From contig OZ244561.1 of assembly GCA_965217585.1 (NCBI GenBank), positions 1,248,001 through 1,312,000 on the forward strand: a DNA stretch of 64,000 bases, given 5' to 3'. This DNA comes from Candidatus Latescibacterota bacterium. GTDB taxonomy: Bacteria; Latescibacterota; UBA2968; UBA8231. This document shows, piece by piece, positions 35,365 through 46,400 of the stretch. Position numbers and translations under genes: made by a program. Within the stretch, counting starts at the first letter, position 1. Each line of letters opens with the position of its first letter. Below the pieces are notes generated by a model. That model had not been told where the DNA came from. It saw only the letters and a list, made by a program, of their open reading frames with translations, and searched no databases.

Positions 35365-37504
35365 TGGGGCCAGCGGCCGGGGCGAATACATCTCGGCCCT
35401 GCATATACGATGGCGGCTCTATGCCAAAGAGACCCAGAATGGAAGGAGGGATATCGAGCAAGTGGGGATTGCGAATGCCTATTTTGCGGTTGCAGAAAAA
35501 CACGCCGGGCACCAGCCGTGGGTCCACGCAGTGGTCGCCGCTCCAAGGCCGGGTATTGGTCTCAAAAACAGCCTCGGTCACTTGGCCGCTGGCCCCGCTC
35601 CAAGAAGCGCGGTATCCGGCGTTATACCCGATGAGTAGATCCGGGCCATCATCGGTATAAGGACCGCTGAAAGAAGCCGCCGTATCCCAAGCCTTGTTGA
35701 TGGCCGTCTCGCCCGTCTCCTGGTCCACCAAACCGGTGAGGCGGGAGCACAGTTCGGCCTTGAGTTGGCGCAATTCCGTCCCGGGGGCGACAATCCCGCC
35801 GGCTTCGCGGCCCCTGAGATTGATGAATAGGCCGGTCAGGCCCAAGGCAAAAGCCCGGGTGCGGCTCCAGTCAACTTGGGCCAGCCACTCGGCGCTGTGG
35901 GTGCAGCCCTCGTGCAAGCAGAGGTACCCATTTTGCCACAGCCAAGTATTGAGATTGACGCCGCGTTTGAAGGCGCAGAAGCCGTGGTCGGAAATAACCA
36001 TGAGCACGGTCTTGGCGCGGTCGATCTTTTCTAGGGTACGGCCCACTAGATCGTCCATGCGCGCGTACATATCGGGGATGGTATTGGCCAAGCCTTCGAC
36101 TTCCCGACCCCGATTAGCCGGATGGTCGGGATCCAAGGTGCGGAAAAACATGTGCTGGATGCGGTCGGGGCTGTCAAAGACGCAGACTGTGAGGCCCTTG
36201 GGGGTTTTGTCGAGCGCGTGGAAAAACATGGCTTGGCGCTCGTCGTCGAGTAAGTAGGTTTGGTCGAGAAAGGCCTGCTCGTCAATTAAATCGGCATTGA
36301 GTGCATCCGTGTCTTCCGCCAAGCCCACGGTGGCGAACTTGCCCAGGCGTCGGGCGAGGTAGGGGGCATAGGACGGAGGATGGGAAAGGGGCAGGTGGGG
36401 ATGAGTAGGGTCGATTTGAATGGGGGTGACATAGAGTTTGAGCGGTTCGGCTTCAATCAGGTAAAAGCGGCACAGGCCGCGCACCCGAACCCCCGGTCCA
36501 GCGGCAAAGGAGAGCGCTATCCAAGGGGAGTAAACCCGCTTTTGCAGGGCTATTTTTTGCCCTCCGATCACCAGCGTGGCCGACTCGGCGACCGGATCTA
36601 CGGCGAGGTCCATGGCGGCTGTTAGTCTTTTGCCATCCGGGCGCAGGGGATGAGCGGGACCGGGGATGCTGGTGCTGGCCCTACCGCGCTCAAGTTCGAG
36701 TTGGATGCAGCGGCCCACCGAGGTATCTTGGGGCTTGGCTCCGCTAAAAAAATAGGTGCACTCGCCTTGGGTGCCGCGCAGATCTGGCGCGCACATGCCC
36801 GCGAGCAGGAGCCCGGCGAATTTTTCCGGGGGGAAACTGATGGGCACCCGGACAATGGAACTAGGGACGTGGTGGTCGCCCAGCACCTTCCAAAAAGGCT
36901 GACTCCGGCGCAGATTGCGCACCTGCGCCTTGCCCAAGGGCAGCCGATACGGACCGAGCCCCAAGCTTCGGCGCGGGGCACTGATCCGCGCCGAAGACAG
37001 CACGGGCTGGTACGTGTGGGGATCGCGGGTGATAAAGTCGTAAATGCGGTGCCTAGAAGCGTCCACCCCCGTGGCAAAGGCCGACCAAGCCGCCGGCGTA
37101 ATGGCGGGCAGGGTGGTCTGCAAAGGACAGAAGGTCCCCTGCTCGGCCAGCTTTTTAAACGCCGGCAGCCGACCTTCCTCCATCCAGCGCGCCACTAGCT
37201 GAGGATCGAGGCCATCGAGGCCGATGACCACCACGCGCTCGGCGCTTGCTCGGGCTGCAATTTTTTTGCCCCGGTGCCAGCTAAGCAGCAAGCGGACGGG
37301 CAGGACCAGGATGGCGAGCGCGGCGAGAACGAGGGCGGCGAGGGTCCAGAAACCGCTGGCTAGGACAAAGCCAGCGCCGGGGCCGACATAGGCGTCGGCC
37401 CGTTGGGCAAGGAGGCAAATGCCGCTCCAAACGAGGAAGGGGAGCCATGCGGAGACGAGTCGGGGGAATTTATTTTGCGCTGGACTCGAATTAAATTTGC
37501 TCAC
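35357..37504 (-). CDS. Alkaline phosphatase superfamily nucleotide pyrophosphatase/phosphodiesterase (Thr nucleophile) with AYVGPGAG-TM N-terminus
   Basis: IGLDG, PAITPAAWSAFATG, DRIQH, ISDHG, WSGDH; start uncertain (GTG 37504 chosen; ORF extends to 37588). Confidence 0.88.
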   Translation of the reverse strand: MSKFNSSPAQNKFPRLVSAWLPFLVWSGICLLAQRADAYVGPGAGFVLASGFWTLAALVLAALAILVLPVRLLLSWHRGKKIAARASAERVVVIGLDGLDPQLVARWMEEGRLPAFKKLAEQGTFCPLQTTLPAITPAAWSAFATGVDASRHRIYDFITRDPHTYQPVLSSARISAPRRSLGLGPYRLPLGKAQVRNLRRSQPFWKVLGDHHVPSSIVRVPISFPPEKFAGLLLAGMCAPDLRGTQGECTYFFSGAKPQDTSVGRCIQLELERGRASTSIPGPAHPLRPDGKRLTAAMDLAVDPVAESATLVIGGQKIALQKRVYSPWIALSFAAGPGVRVRGLCRFYLIEAEPLKLYVTPIQIDPTHPHLPLSHPPSYAPYLARRLGKFATVGLAEDTDALNADLIDEQAFLDQTYLLDDERQAMFFHALDKTPKGLTVCVFDSPDRIQHMFFRTLDPDHPANRGREVEGLANTIPDMYARMDDLVGRTLEKIDRAKTVLMVISDHGFCAFKRGVNLNTWLWQNGYLCLHEGCTHSAEWLAQVDWSRTRAFALGLTGLFINLRGREAGGIVAPGTELRQLKAELCSRLTGLVDQETGETAINKAWDTAASFSGPYTDDGPDLLIGYNAGYRASWSGASGQVTEAVFETNTRPWSGDHCVDPRLVPGVFFCNRKIGIRNPHLLDIPPSILGLFGIEPPSYMQGRDVFAPAAGPNA

Positions 37505-37602
37505 AACGGAAGACCGATATCGGGGTATCTCTTTGTGGCTTTTGTTAATATACAACAATATTCCCTGGGTCTCGCTATACTTCCTCAAAGGGAGAAAACG
37601 CC

Positions 37603-39108
37603 ATGATAAACATCAACCGAGGAATCCTACTAGCCCTGATGGCCCTAGCGGCTTGCGCGTCCGCTCTGAGTGCCCAAGCCCCGGAGCGCATGGAGCCGAC
37701 CGCCCCGGCCAGAGCCGCGTACCTGACTTCGACGCCCTGGCTGGAAGTGGTCGAAAAGGAGGTGCCGCCCCTCCAACATTCACGGGCGGAGCGCTGGCCC
37801 ATGATCATGTGGCACGGCGTGGGTTTTGCGCCGCTGGCCGCAGACCAAATCCAGATGCTGTTGGCGCGCGGCTTGACGCAGCATCTGCGTTTGGACCAAG
37901 GCATGATCGACGCGGCCAAAGCTCTGCAGGAGGCCGGATCGCCGGTGATTTTCATGCAGGGCAATGCCGGGGCTTGGCCCTATTCTCTGGCCGCTGATTC
38001 AAGTGCCTGGGCGCACCAATTCGACGCCGGCTACCACTATAAAATGGCGGGCAGAGGAGCCTTGGGATCGTGGCACGGGGCCTGTCCCAAGATGATCGAG
38101 GGCTGGGAGGTCATGGCCGACCAAGTGCGCGATACGCTGGGTGCCTTTCGGGCGGGCGGGGTTACGGTCGATGCGGTGTGGATGGATTGGGAAGGGGATC
38201 CCTATCCCTGGAGCCACCTATTCAAACAGCTCGCGCACTGCAAGCGCTGCCGGGTGCAATTGCCGCCGGAGGTGCTGGCAGACGAAGACCAGTACTGGGC
38301 CTATTACTGGCGGCACTACCAACAGCTCTACGGGGCGTACCTAGCTGGGCCGGTGCGCGAAATTTTCCCCCTGTGCTCCATCACCAACTGGCACACTGTG
38401 TATTCCACCCAGACCGAGCCCTTGCTCTACTTCGTCAATAACCGGGTATTGCCGCCGGGCATCCCCCCTTTGTTTACGGCCACCAATCCCGTGGCGTACG
38501 GCAACGACAAATTCTGGCAAACAGCGTGGCAAGACGAGTACCCCCTAGACCAGCGCCACGTCAACCAGCTCCACATGCACAATCTGCTGCGGCAAATCTC
38601 CGGCGATGCGGCCAACCGCCTAACCTATGGGCCGGAAGTGGCCAGTTTTCCCTGGGTGGCGCGCTGGTGCCCGATTGTAAACCACCGGGAGGACGAAACC
38701 CCGTACATGAGCCGGGAGGCGTACCGCGAGGCCCTGCGGCACATGTGGCTGCGCGGCATCGACGGCATGCAGCTTTTCAATGCTTGGCGCGAGGGGTACG
38801 AGGAAATCGCTCTGTTTGAAGTGCTCGATGCAGTCGCCGTGTACGACGAAATGCTCGGCTACCGCGACTTTCTCGACGCCGGCCAAGTGATGAATCTAAC
38901 GGGGCCGGCCGTGCAGGACGAGGGGGTGCTGTGGTCGGGTTTGCGCTTGGAGGAACGGGCCGTCGTGCGGCTGTTCAGCCAGGGTGAACGCGCGGCCCGT
39001 TTCGAGATAGAAGTCTGGCCCGGGCACGAGATAGAACTGGAGGCACCCACCGAGGGCCGCACCTATGTGCTGGGGAGAATGGACTCTGGGGTGGAAGTCT
39101 TGGAGTGA
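37603..39108 (+). CDS. Secreted hypothetical protein, possible glycoside-hydrolase-like TIM barrel
   Basis: SD GGGAG; signal peptide; DAVWMDWE and CKRC motifs reminiscent of GH42-like barrels; Trp/Tyr rich. Confidence 0.55.
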   Translation: MININRGILLALMALAACASALSAQAPERMEPTAPARAAYLTSTPWLEVVEKEVPPLQHSRAERWPMIMWHGVGFAPLAADQIQMLLARGLTQHLRLDQGMIDAAKALQEAGSPVIFMQGNAGAWPYSLAADSSAWAHQFDAGYHYKMAGRGALGSWHGACPKMIEGWEVMADQVRDTLGAFRAGGVTVDAVWMDWEGDPYPWSHLFKQLAHCKRCRVQLPPEVLADEDQYWAYYWRHYQQLYGAYLAGPVREIFPLCSITNWHTVYSTQTEPLLYFVNNRVLPPGIPPLFTATNPVAYGNDKFWQTAWQDEYPLDQRHVNQLHMHNLLRQISGDAANRLTYGPEVASFPWVARWCPIVNHREDETPYMSREAYREALRHMWLRGIDGMQLFNAWREGYEEIALFEVLDAVAVYDEMLGYRDFLDAGQVMNLTGPAVQDEGVLWSGLRLEERAVVRLFSQGERAARFEIEVWPGHEIELEAPTEGRTYVLGRMDSGVEVLE

Positions 39109-39169
39109 TGCTCGTCCCATCCGGCCGGGCGCTTGCAGCGCATGCAAAACGCCCGATGTCTCCTTGGCA

Positions 39170-39700
39170 TCGGGCCCCGAAATCGTCCGCGTGTCCGCGT
39201 CAAACGTCAAGCCAGCAGGCAAATCGAAGACGCGGTACGTTACCCCGCCTTCACCGCCCATAGCTTCCGGCAGTTGCAGCGCGGTAATCGCCGCCTCAGC
39301 GGTGTACGCTTGGTCTGCGACCGCCCCGGCGAAAGCAAGGGCCATCCCGCTGTCGTCCTCATCGTCCATCCCGCTATCGTCGGCCTCGTCGTCGGCCAGC
39401 TCATCGTCCTCGCTGTCGGCCTCGTCGTTGTCGTCGATCCTGATATTGATCAGAGCTTGGTGTCCACTCGACGAAGTAGCCTGCACAGCGAAGGCCCTAG
39501 GACCATCGGCCGTCGCGGCGCGTGGTCCCGGGCGTGATGGTGTCGTCGTTGTATCGCGTGGGGTAGCACGCGCACCAGATGTCGAACGTCCCGTGCTGGT
39601 TCGTGTAGTTCACCAGCGACGTCCACGACGTGCTGCCGTCGGGGGACCATTCGATCTTGTAGCCGCCGGCTCGATCCCGGCCGAGAGGATGCGGTCGGCG
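39170..39700 (-). pseudogene. Mosaic of surface-protein fragments: partial FN3 copy, acidic linker, putative Ig (He_PIG-like) domain
   Basis: GYKIEWSPDGSTSWTSLVNY... fragment out of frame with the nearest ATG, then DDNDEADSEDD...LPEAMGGEGGVTYRVFDLPAGLTFDADTRTISG in another frame; no signal peptide or tail. Confidence 0.65.
39517..39665. repeat. 149-bp near-identical copy of 42106-42254
   Basis: Direct comparison by eye: colinear, about 5 substitutions. Confidence 0.9.
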
Positions 39701-39718
39701 GCGATCTCCATGCAGGGC

Positions 39719-42700
39719 CTATTTCAGGTAGAGCATCCGCCGCGTCTGCACCCCGCCCGGATAGTGCAGGCGCACCAGGTACACCCCCGCAGCCACCACT
39801 GCGCCCCGTCCGTCGCGCGCGTCCCAATGCACCCGGTAGGAACCGGCGGCCTGCGCCTCGTCCACCAGGGTGCGTATGCGCTGCCCGAGGAGGTTGTAGA
39901 TCTCCAGGCGCACCGGTCCGTCCGCATCCAGCCGGTATGGGATGAGGGTGCTGGCGTTGAAGGGGTTGGGCGCATTCGGCGCCAGCCCCGGCGGCCCGTC
40001 CGCGACCGCCAGCTTGGACGCGGTGCCCGTGACGTCCGTCACCGACAGCGTGTAGGTGCCCGTCTCGTCCCGGTCGCCCGACACCCGCGCGTAATAGGTC
40101 CCGCTCTCCGGCGCTGTGAACGTCACCCGGCTGTCGCGGCTGCCCCCGAAATTGTCGTTGTAGCTGCCCGACTGGTACTGTCCCTCGCTGTTGTAGATCG
40201 CCCGGAAATAGGTGTCTGGAAGCGTGCCGCCCCCGCCCGGGCTGCCCGTCAGGTCGAACTGGTAGGTCCGACCCGCCACCAGCTTGACGGCGAACCGGTC
40301 CTGATCGCCAGCGGTGCCGATGGTGCCCGTGGCCGAGCCGCCGACGGCGACCCGGCCGGGGGTGGTGTTGTCGTTGGGCAGGTCCGTGGCGCTCTCCGAG
40401 ACGCTCTGCCCGGGATCCTGGTCCTGGCCGGTTGCGGGCGACTCTTGCTCATCCGCCGCCGGACCCCGCACCGTCGTCGAGATCCCCTGCGACAGCGCCC
40501 GGCCGTCCTTCGTGCAGACCGCCGCCGGGGTGTCGCAGGCCGCCCCGGCCGCGAGCGTCACCGTCACGTCCGCCGGCGAGTCCGGCTCGACCGTCAGCTC
40601 CCACAGGTCCCTGCGCCGGTTCACCCGACTGGCCTTCGTCGCCCGGCCCCCGGCCACCGCCACGACGTCCTCCCGCAACCGCTGGCCGTTCATCCAGCTA
40701 AGCGGCTCGCTGAACGCGATCCTGAGCGTGAACGCCGTCTGCCCGTCATGCGCCGCCGGCACGCCCTCGAAACTCGCCGTCAGCGACTCTTGCTCCTCGC
40801 CACCCGGATCGTCCGACGATTCATCCGACACCTGTTCCTCGGAGGGCTCACCGCCACCCGAATCGTCCGACGATTCATCCGGCCCCGACACCACCGTCGA
40901 GATACCCTGCGACAACACCCGCCCGTCCGCCGTGCAGATCGCGCCCGTCTCGTCGCACGGGCGCCACGCCGCCAGCGACACCGTCACGTCACCGTCCGAG
41001 TCCGGCTCGATCTCAATCTCCCACACGACCTCCCCGTCCTGGCCGCCGGCCAAGCGTTTCCCTGCGCCGCTCGCGGCTTGGCCGTCCACGGCGCGCACCG
41101 ACGTCACTTCGCCGCCCTCGACTTCCACGCCGCGCGCGCCCACGTTTTCGACCGCGTCGCTGAACCCCACCCGGACCTTGATCGCCTTCGAACCGTCGTG
41201 CTGATCCGGCGGCGACGCAAACCACGCCCGCAGCGGCATCCGCACGCCCTGCAGTTGGCTGGGCAAAAGCTCCTTGAGTTCAACCCTGTAGGTGCCCACA
41301 CGGTACGGCCGGGTGTCGGGTCGCGCCGTCGGGGCGACGTAGATCTGCCACGTCTGCTCCGCCCCGGTAAGCCCTCGCAGGTCGATGACGAAGGCCTGGA
41401 ATTCTTCGCAGTCCCTGTTCGACTGGCCGTGTTCTGCGCAGATCTCCGACATGGTCACGCCGTCCACCCGCGGCTTGCCCATGTTGTGATCGGTGTAGGG
41501 GCCCGGCGGATTTGCGCGCTTGATCCACGGCGTCGCGGCCGTGCCGCCACCCGTCTTTTGGCCCCGGACCCGGACGGCATACGCCGTGCCCGGCTGCACT
41601 GCGATTTCGGCCCGGTCAACGTCGCCGTAGGTGTTCAGTACCGCCGTTAAGGCGGAAGGGGTTGGCAGACGCAGCGTACCCACCGCCGGGTCGCTCACCG
41701 GCACGAGCTGGAACTGGAACGATCCCGCCTGCAGGCTCCCGCCCCCGGCGTTCCCGAAACCCCCGCCATGCGAGATCTTGACCTTGTGTTGGCCGCTGTT
41801 CTGTACCGTGATTCTCGGTAAGAGACCCTCGTTCGTTCCCAGCACGAGGTTCTCGATCTCCGTGCCGCCCGCATCGGTCACGATCACCCGGTGCTTCGGC
41901 GCATCCCCGCTGACCCTGAACCGGTACTGCCCGCTCTCCAGGAGGATTCGGAACACTTTCTGATCGTTGAGCGCGTCGAGTTCCGACTCCACCCCGCCAG
42001 GCAAGATCAGTCCTCCGTCGGACTCCACCAGCGCCGGCGTCGTGGCGCTGACCACCTCGGACCAGGCGCTCTCGTCGTCGTCGTCGACCGCCTTGACCCG
42101 GTAGTGGCGCGTGGTCCCGGGCGCGATGGTGTCGTCGTTGAATCGCGTGGGGTAGCACACGCACCAGATGTCGAACGTCCCGTGCTGGTTCGTGTAGTTC
42201 ACCAGCGACGTCCACGATGTGCTGCCGTCGGCGGACCATTCGATCTTGTAGCCGTCGTCGCGCGCGATCGATCGCGCCTGTTAGAGACGGCAGGGTCCTG
42301 TCCCATTCGAGCGTCACCCGCATCGGCGCCACCGCGCGAGCGCTCGGGTTGGTCGGCGGGGGCAGGAGCACCTGTCCCTTGACGTCGATTCGCATCGACT
42401 GATTACTTCCTTGCCATGTACCGATCGAAGGCCTGTTTGTCCGCGAATCATTGTCGATGGTCCAATTCTTGGCGGCCCCGCCGTCTTCGTCGTTGCCGTC
42501 GGAATCGGTATCGGTCACGGAAACAGCTACCCTGTCGCTTGAGGTCGTTTTAACCTGCACGAAGTAGGTTTTCGATGCCTCCAGCACGATGCCGCCGTCG
42601 GGAACGGTGAACACATTGACCGAATTCGCCGTGATGCTCGAAGGGTTCTCCAGCGTCTTCAGTCTGTCGCCGGGATTGCTTGCCCCGCCCTTGTGCAATG

Positions 42701-43331
42701 TGACCTCGACGTCGTCATCGACTTCATCTCCAATCCCGATTCCGATCGATGTGACCCGCGCCCAGGTGCCGGCCGTGAATGCTTGCGCACTTCGATGGCC
42801 ATTTTCAAAAAGGTTCCTGTCGTTGCCATCCAGGGAGGTGTTCCTCACCAGGGACGGCCCGCTGGAGTCCGTGATGCTGAGGTCCACGTCGTCGCCCGAA
42901 GACCAGGAGGGGCTGGAATCCCACGTGTAACGCTTGTTGCTGGAGCTGACGCTGGCGTCCTCGAAGGCCAGCTCGGTATCGTCCACGTTCAGGGTCAGGA
43001 TATCGAGCACGTTCTCGGGAAGGAGGGCATTCAGAGTCAGTTTCAGATCACTGCCGTCGTCTTCGATCCTCCTGATCGTGTACGTCGTGCCGTGCAACTT
43101 GAAGTCGTCGTCGGATAGAACATTGGAGTTGGCGCACTGCCCATTGAAGGGGCCACTTTCGGAACAACCGAATTCGTCCTGGGCGGTATTCAGGGTTTTC
43201 ACGTCCAGGTCGGCGGACCAGATGGTCACGTCTTCCGCGGAGGCCGGCGGCGCGTTGACGAGCGAGGCCGCGAAGAGGACGCCGCAGAGGACCGCGGCGA
43301 GGGGCCGGTGGCCGGTCGATTTCAAATCCAT
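39719..43331 (-). pseudogene. Frameshifted modular surface protein (signal peptide, beta-rich domains, FN3, PPC-like, two HDG Ig-like domains, FlgD-like tail)
   Basis: Starts MDLKSTG at 43331 after AAGGAG; the FN3 domain is split at ~42260-42277 between the 41616..43775 and 39719..42202 frames; tail PNAPNPFN...RRMLYLK. Confidence 0.8.
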
Positions 43332-43432
43332 GGCAACGTCTCCTTTTCTATCATGAAGGCCGGTTGAGGACCGCCGGCGCCCGGCTCGACCCCGGTCGAG
43401 GAGGAGGCAAGCCGGCGGCCCTCGGGCCGGGC

Positions 43433-46400
43433 CTACTCGAGGTAGAGCATGCGCCGGGTATGCACGCCGCCCGGATAGTGCAGGCGCGTGAAGTAAATCC
43501 CCGTGGCCACGCTCCGAGCCGCGGCGTCGCGGACGTCCCAGCGCACCCGGTAGGTGCCGGCCTTCTGCACCTCGTCCACGAGGGTGCGTATGCGCTGCCC
43601 GAGGATGTTGTAGATGACCAAGCGCACGGGTCCGGGCGCATCGAGTCGGTAGAGGATGACGGTGTTGCCGTTGAAGGGGTTGGGCGCGTTGGGCGCCAGG
43701 CCCGGCGGCCCGTCCGCGACCGCCGGCTTGGACGACGACTTGATTTTTTTGACCGTCAGCTCGTAGTAGCCCCACTCGAACGACTCGCCGCTCGCCGCGA
43801 TGTAATAGGTGCCACCGGCATGGGCGTGAAACGTCACCCGGAACAGGTGGTGGGAGATTGATTCGTCGCGGGACCGCGTGTTGACAAGGGACTCCCCGTC
43901 CGCATCGTAGATCGCGTTGATCTGCGGGAGGCGCAGGGTGAGCTCGGGGTCGACGGGTTCGCCGAGGGTGCCGAGGCCGGGGCTGCTGAGAATCTGGCCC
44001 TTCATGTCGATCCGGTAGGTCCGGCCCGCCTCCAGCTCCACCGCGAACCAGTCGGTGTCGAAGGTGTAGCCGGTGATTTCTCCCTCGTCGTCGCGGAAGG
44101 CGACCGGTTTGTGGATGTCGCTCCTCGCCGCTGACCCGTTCACCACCACCACGCCGCTGGTGCTGGCGTTGGCGGGCAGGTCGGCGCCTTCCACGACGAA
44201 GATGTAGCCATCGTGTTTCTCGGGCAGAGACAGCTGGGTGATGAGGGTGAGGTCGATGTCCACGGTCACCGGCGCGGTCGTCCCCAGCGTGGGGGTCACG
44301 GTGACCGCCGTGCCCTCGACCGAGCCGGCCGCCACCCTGAGCGCCGTCACGCCGCCATCGAGCATCCCGTTGGCCACCGTCACCGGGATATCGACCGTGA
44401 ACGGCGCCCCCGCCAGCACCTTCGCCCGCACCTGATCGGACCCCACATCCTCCAGGGTCACGGAAAGCGGCAGCGGATAGCCGGTGTTGGGGTTGTCGCC
44501 CAGTTTGAGAGTTGTCAGCGCCGTCAGGCCGGAGAACACGCCGGCGGGAAGCGACGTCAGATCGTTGTCGTACAGACTGAGCAGCTCCAGCGCCTCCAGG
44601 CCGGAGAACACGCCAGCGGGAAGCTCGCTGAACTGGTTGGAATACAGATAGAGGTCCTTCAGCGCCTCCAGGCCGGAGAACACATCGGCAGGAAGCGAGA
44701 CGAGCGCGTTGCCGCTCAGACTGAGCAGCTCCAGCACCGTCTGGTCGGAGAACACGCCAGCGGGAAGCTCGCCGAGCTTGTTGGACCGCAGACTGAGATT
44801 CGTCAGCGCCGTCAGGCCGGTGAACACGCCGGCGGGAAGCGAGGTGAGTTCGTTGACGTTCAGATAGAGCCTCTGCAACTCCGTCAGGCCGGAGAACACG
44901 TCAGCGCGAAGCGAGCTGAGCTCGTTGTTGTTCAGCCGGAGATTCGTCAGCGCCTCCAGGCCGGTGAACACCCCGGCGGGAAGCTCGCTGAGCGCGTTCT
45001 CGCTCAGATAGAGCGTGTCCAGCGCGGTCAGGCCGGAGAACACGTCAGCGCGAAGCGAGCTGAGCGCGTTGCTGTTCAGACTGAGGTTCGTCAGCGCCTC
45101 CAGGCCGGAGAACGCGTCAGCGGGAAGCTCGCTGAGCTTGTTGTGGTAAAGAATGAGCCAATCGAGCGCCTCCAGGCCGGTGAACCCGTCGGCGGGAAGC
45201 GAGCTGAGCTCGTTGTTGTTCAGATAGAGCCTCTTCAGCGACGTCAGGCCGGTGAACACCCCGGCGGGAAGCGAGCTGAGCGCGTTGTGGTTCAGACTGA
45301 GGTTCGTCAGCGCCGACAGGTCGGAGAACACGCCGATGGGAAGCGAGACGAGCGCGTTGTGGTTCAGACTGAGGTCCTGCAGCGCCGTCAGGTCGGAGAA
45401 CGCGCCGGCGGAAAGCGAGCTGAACTCGTTGCTGTTCAGATAGAGGTCCTCCAGCGCCGTCAGGTCGGAAAACACGTCGGCGGGAAGCTCGCTGAGCGCG
45501 TTGTTGCCCAGCCAGAGGTACGTCAGCGCCGTCAGGCCGGAGAAATCACCCGGCTGCAAGGACCGGATGTCCTCATTCGCGAGATTGAGACCACCCGTCA
45601 CGCCGGCCAGTTGCGTTGTCGTCACGTCGGCGCAGTCCTCCGTCCCGCCTTTGATCGGTGGCTGCTTCATGATCTCGTTCCGCACCTGCTCCGTGCGGCC
45701 GCAGAAACCGGACTTCGGCGTCGCCGGAGCCGCCTCCGCCGCGGTGCCGGCTCCGTCGGTGTTCGCCGCGCGCAACTGGAACGTGTACGCCACGTCGTTG
45801 GTGAGATTCTCCACCACGACCCAGTCCTCGTGGGCCCCGCCCGGCGCGCTGTCGTCGATCTCCGTCCACTCGGTGGGGTAGTCGCCGGTGGTCTTGAACC
45901 GGTACTCGTGGCGCGTGATGTCCGCGTCCGCGTCCGGCGCGTCCCAGGTGAGCGTTACCTGCTCGTTGCCGTTCGACGCGTTGAAGCCCTGCCGCGCGGG
46001 GGGTACGTCGCGCAGCTCGACCAGCTTGTCCGTCCCGCCGGCACCGCCGGGCGTGCCCTGGCCGGGCGCGCCGCTGCCGTCGTCCTCCCCGCCCTGCTCG
46101 TCCGGGTCGTCGGCTTCGACGAAAGTCGACTGCGGCGCGGCCGGGGTGCTCACCTCAACGTCGCGGGACGGGTCGCTCGCCCCGCCAGGGTTGATGGCCA
46201 GCACCCGGTACACGTAGGACGTCTCCGGCTCCACCGCGTCGTCGGTGTAGCTGGCAGCCGCACTGCCCGTGTCCTCGCTGAGGACGGCGAACTCGCCCCG
46301 CACCCCGTCCACGACGTCGGCGCGCAGGATGCGGTAGCCGGTGATGCTGTCGTCCTGCGGGTCGGTCCAGGAGAGCAGTACGGCGTCGTGCCCGGCGGCG

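Noticed and set aside
37540-37560. TTGTT-N7-AACAA palindrome in the divergent region as an RHH operator
   Set aside because: Only 5-bp arms in an AT-rich stretch; could arise by chance.
39517-42254. 149-bp repeat pair as a DGR TR/VR pair
   Set aside because: The ~5 mismatches are not confined to adenines of one copy on either strand, and the segment is mid-FN3 rather than a C-terminal variable region.
41616-42255. C-terminal part of ORF 41616..43775 as real protein
   Set aside because: Out-of-frame read-through after the frameshift; the sensible FN3 sequence continues in the 39719..42202 frame.
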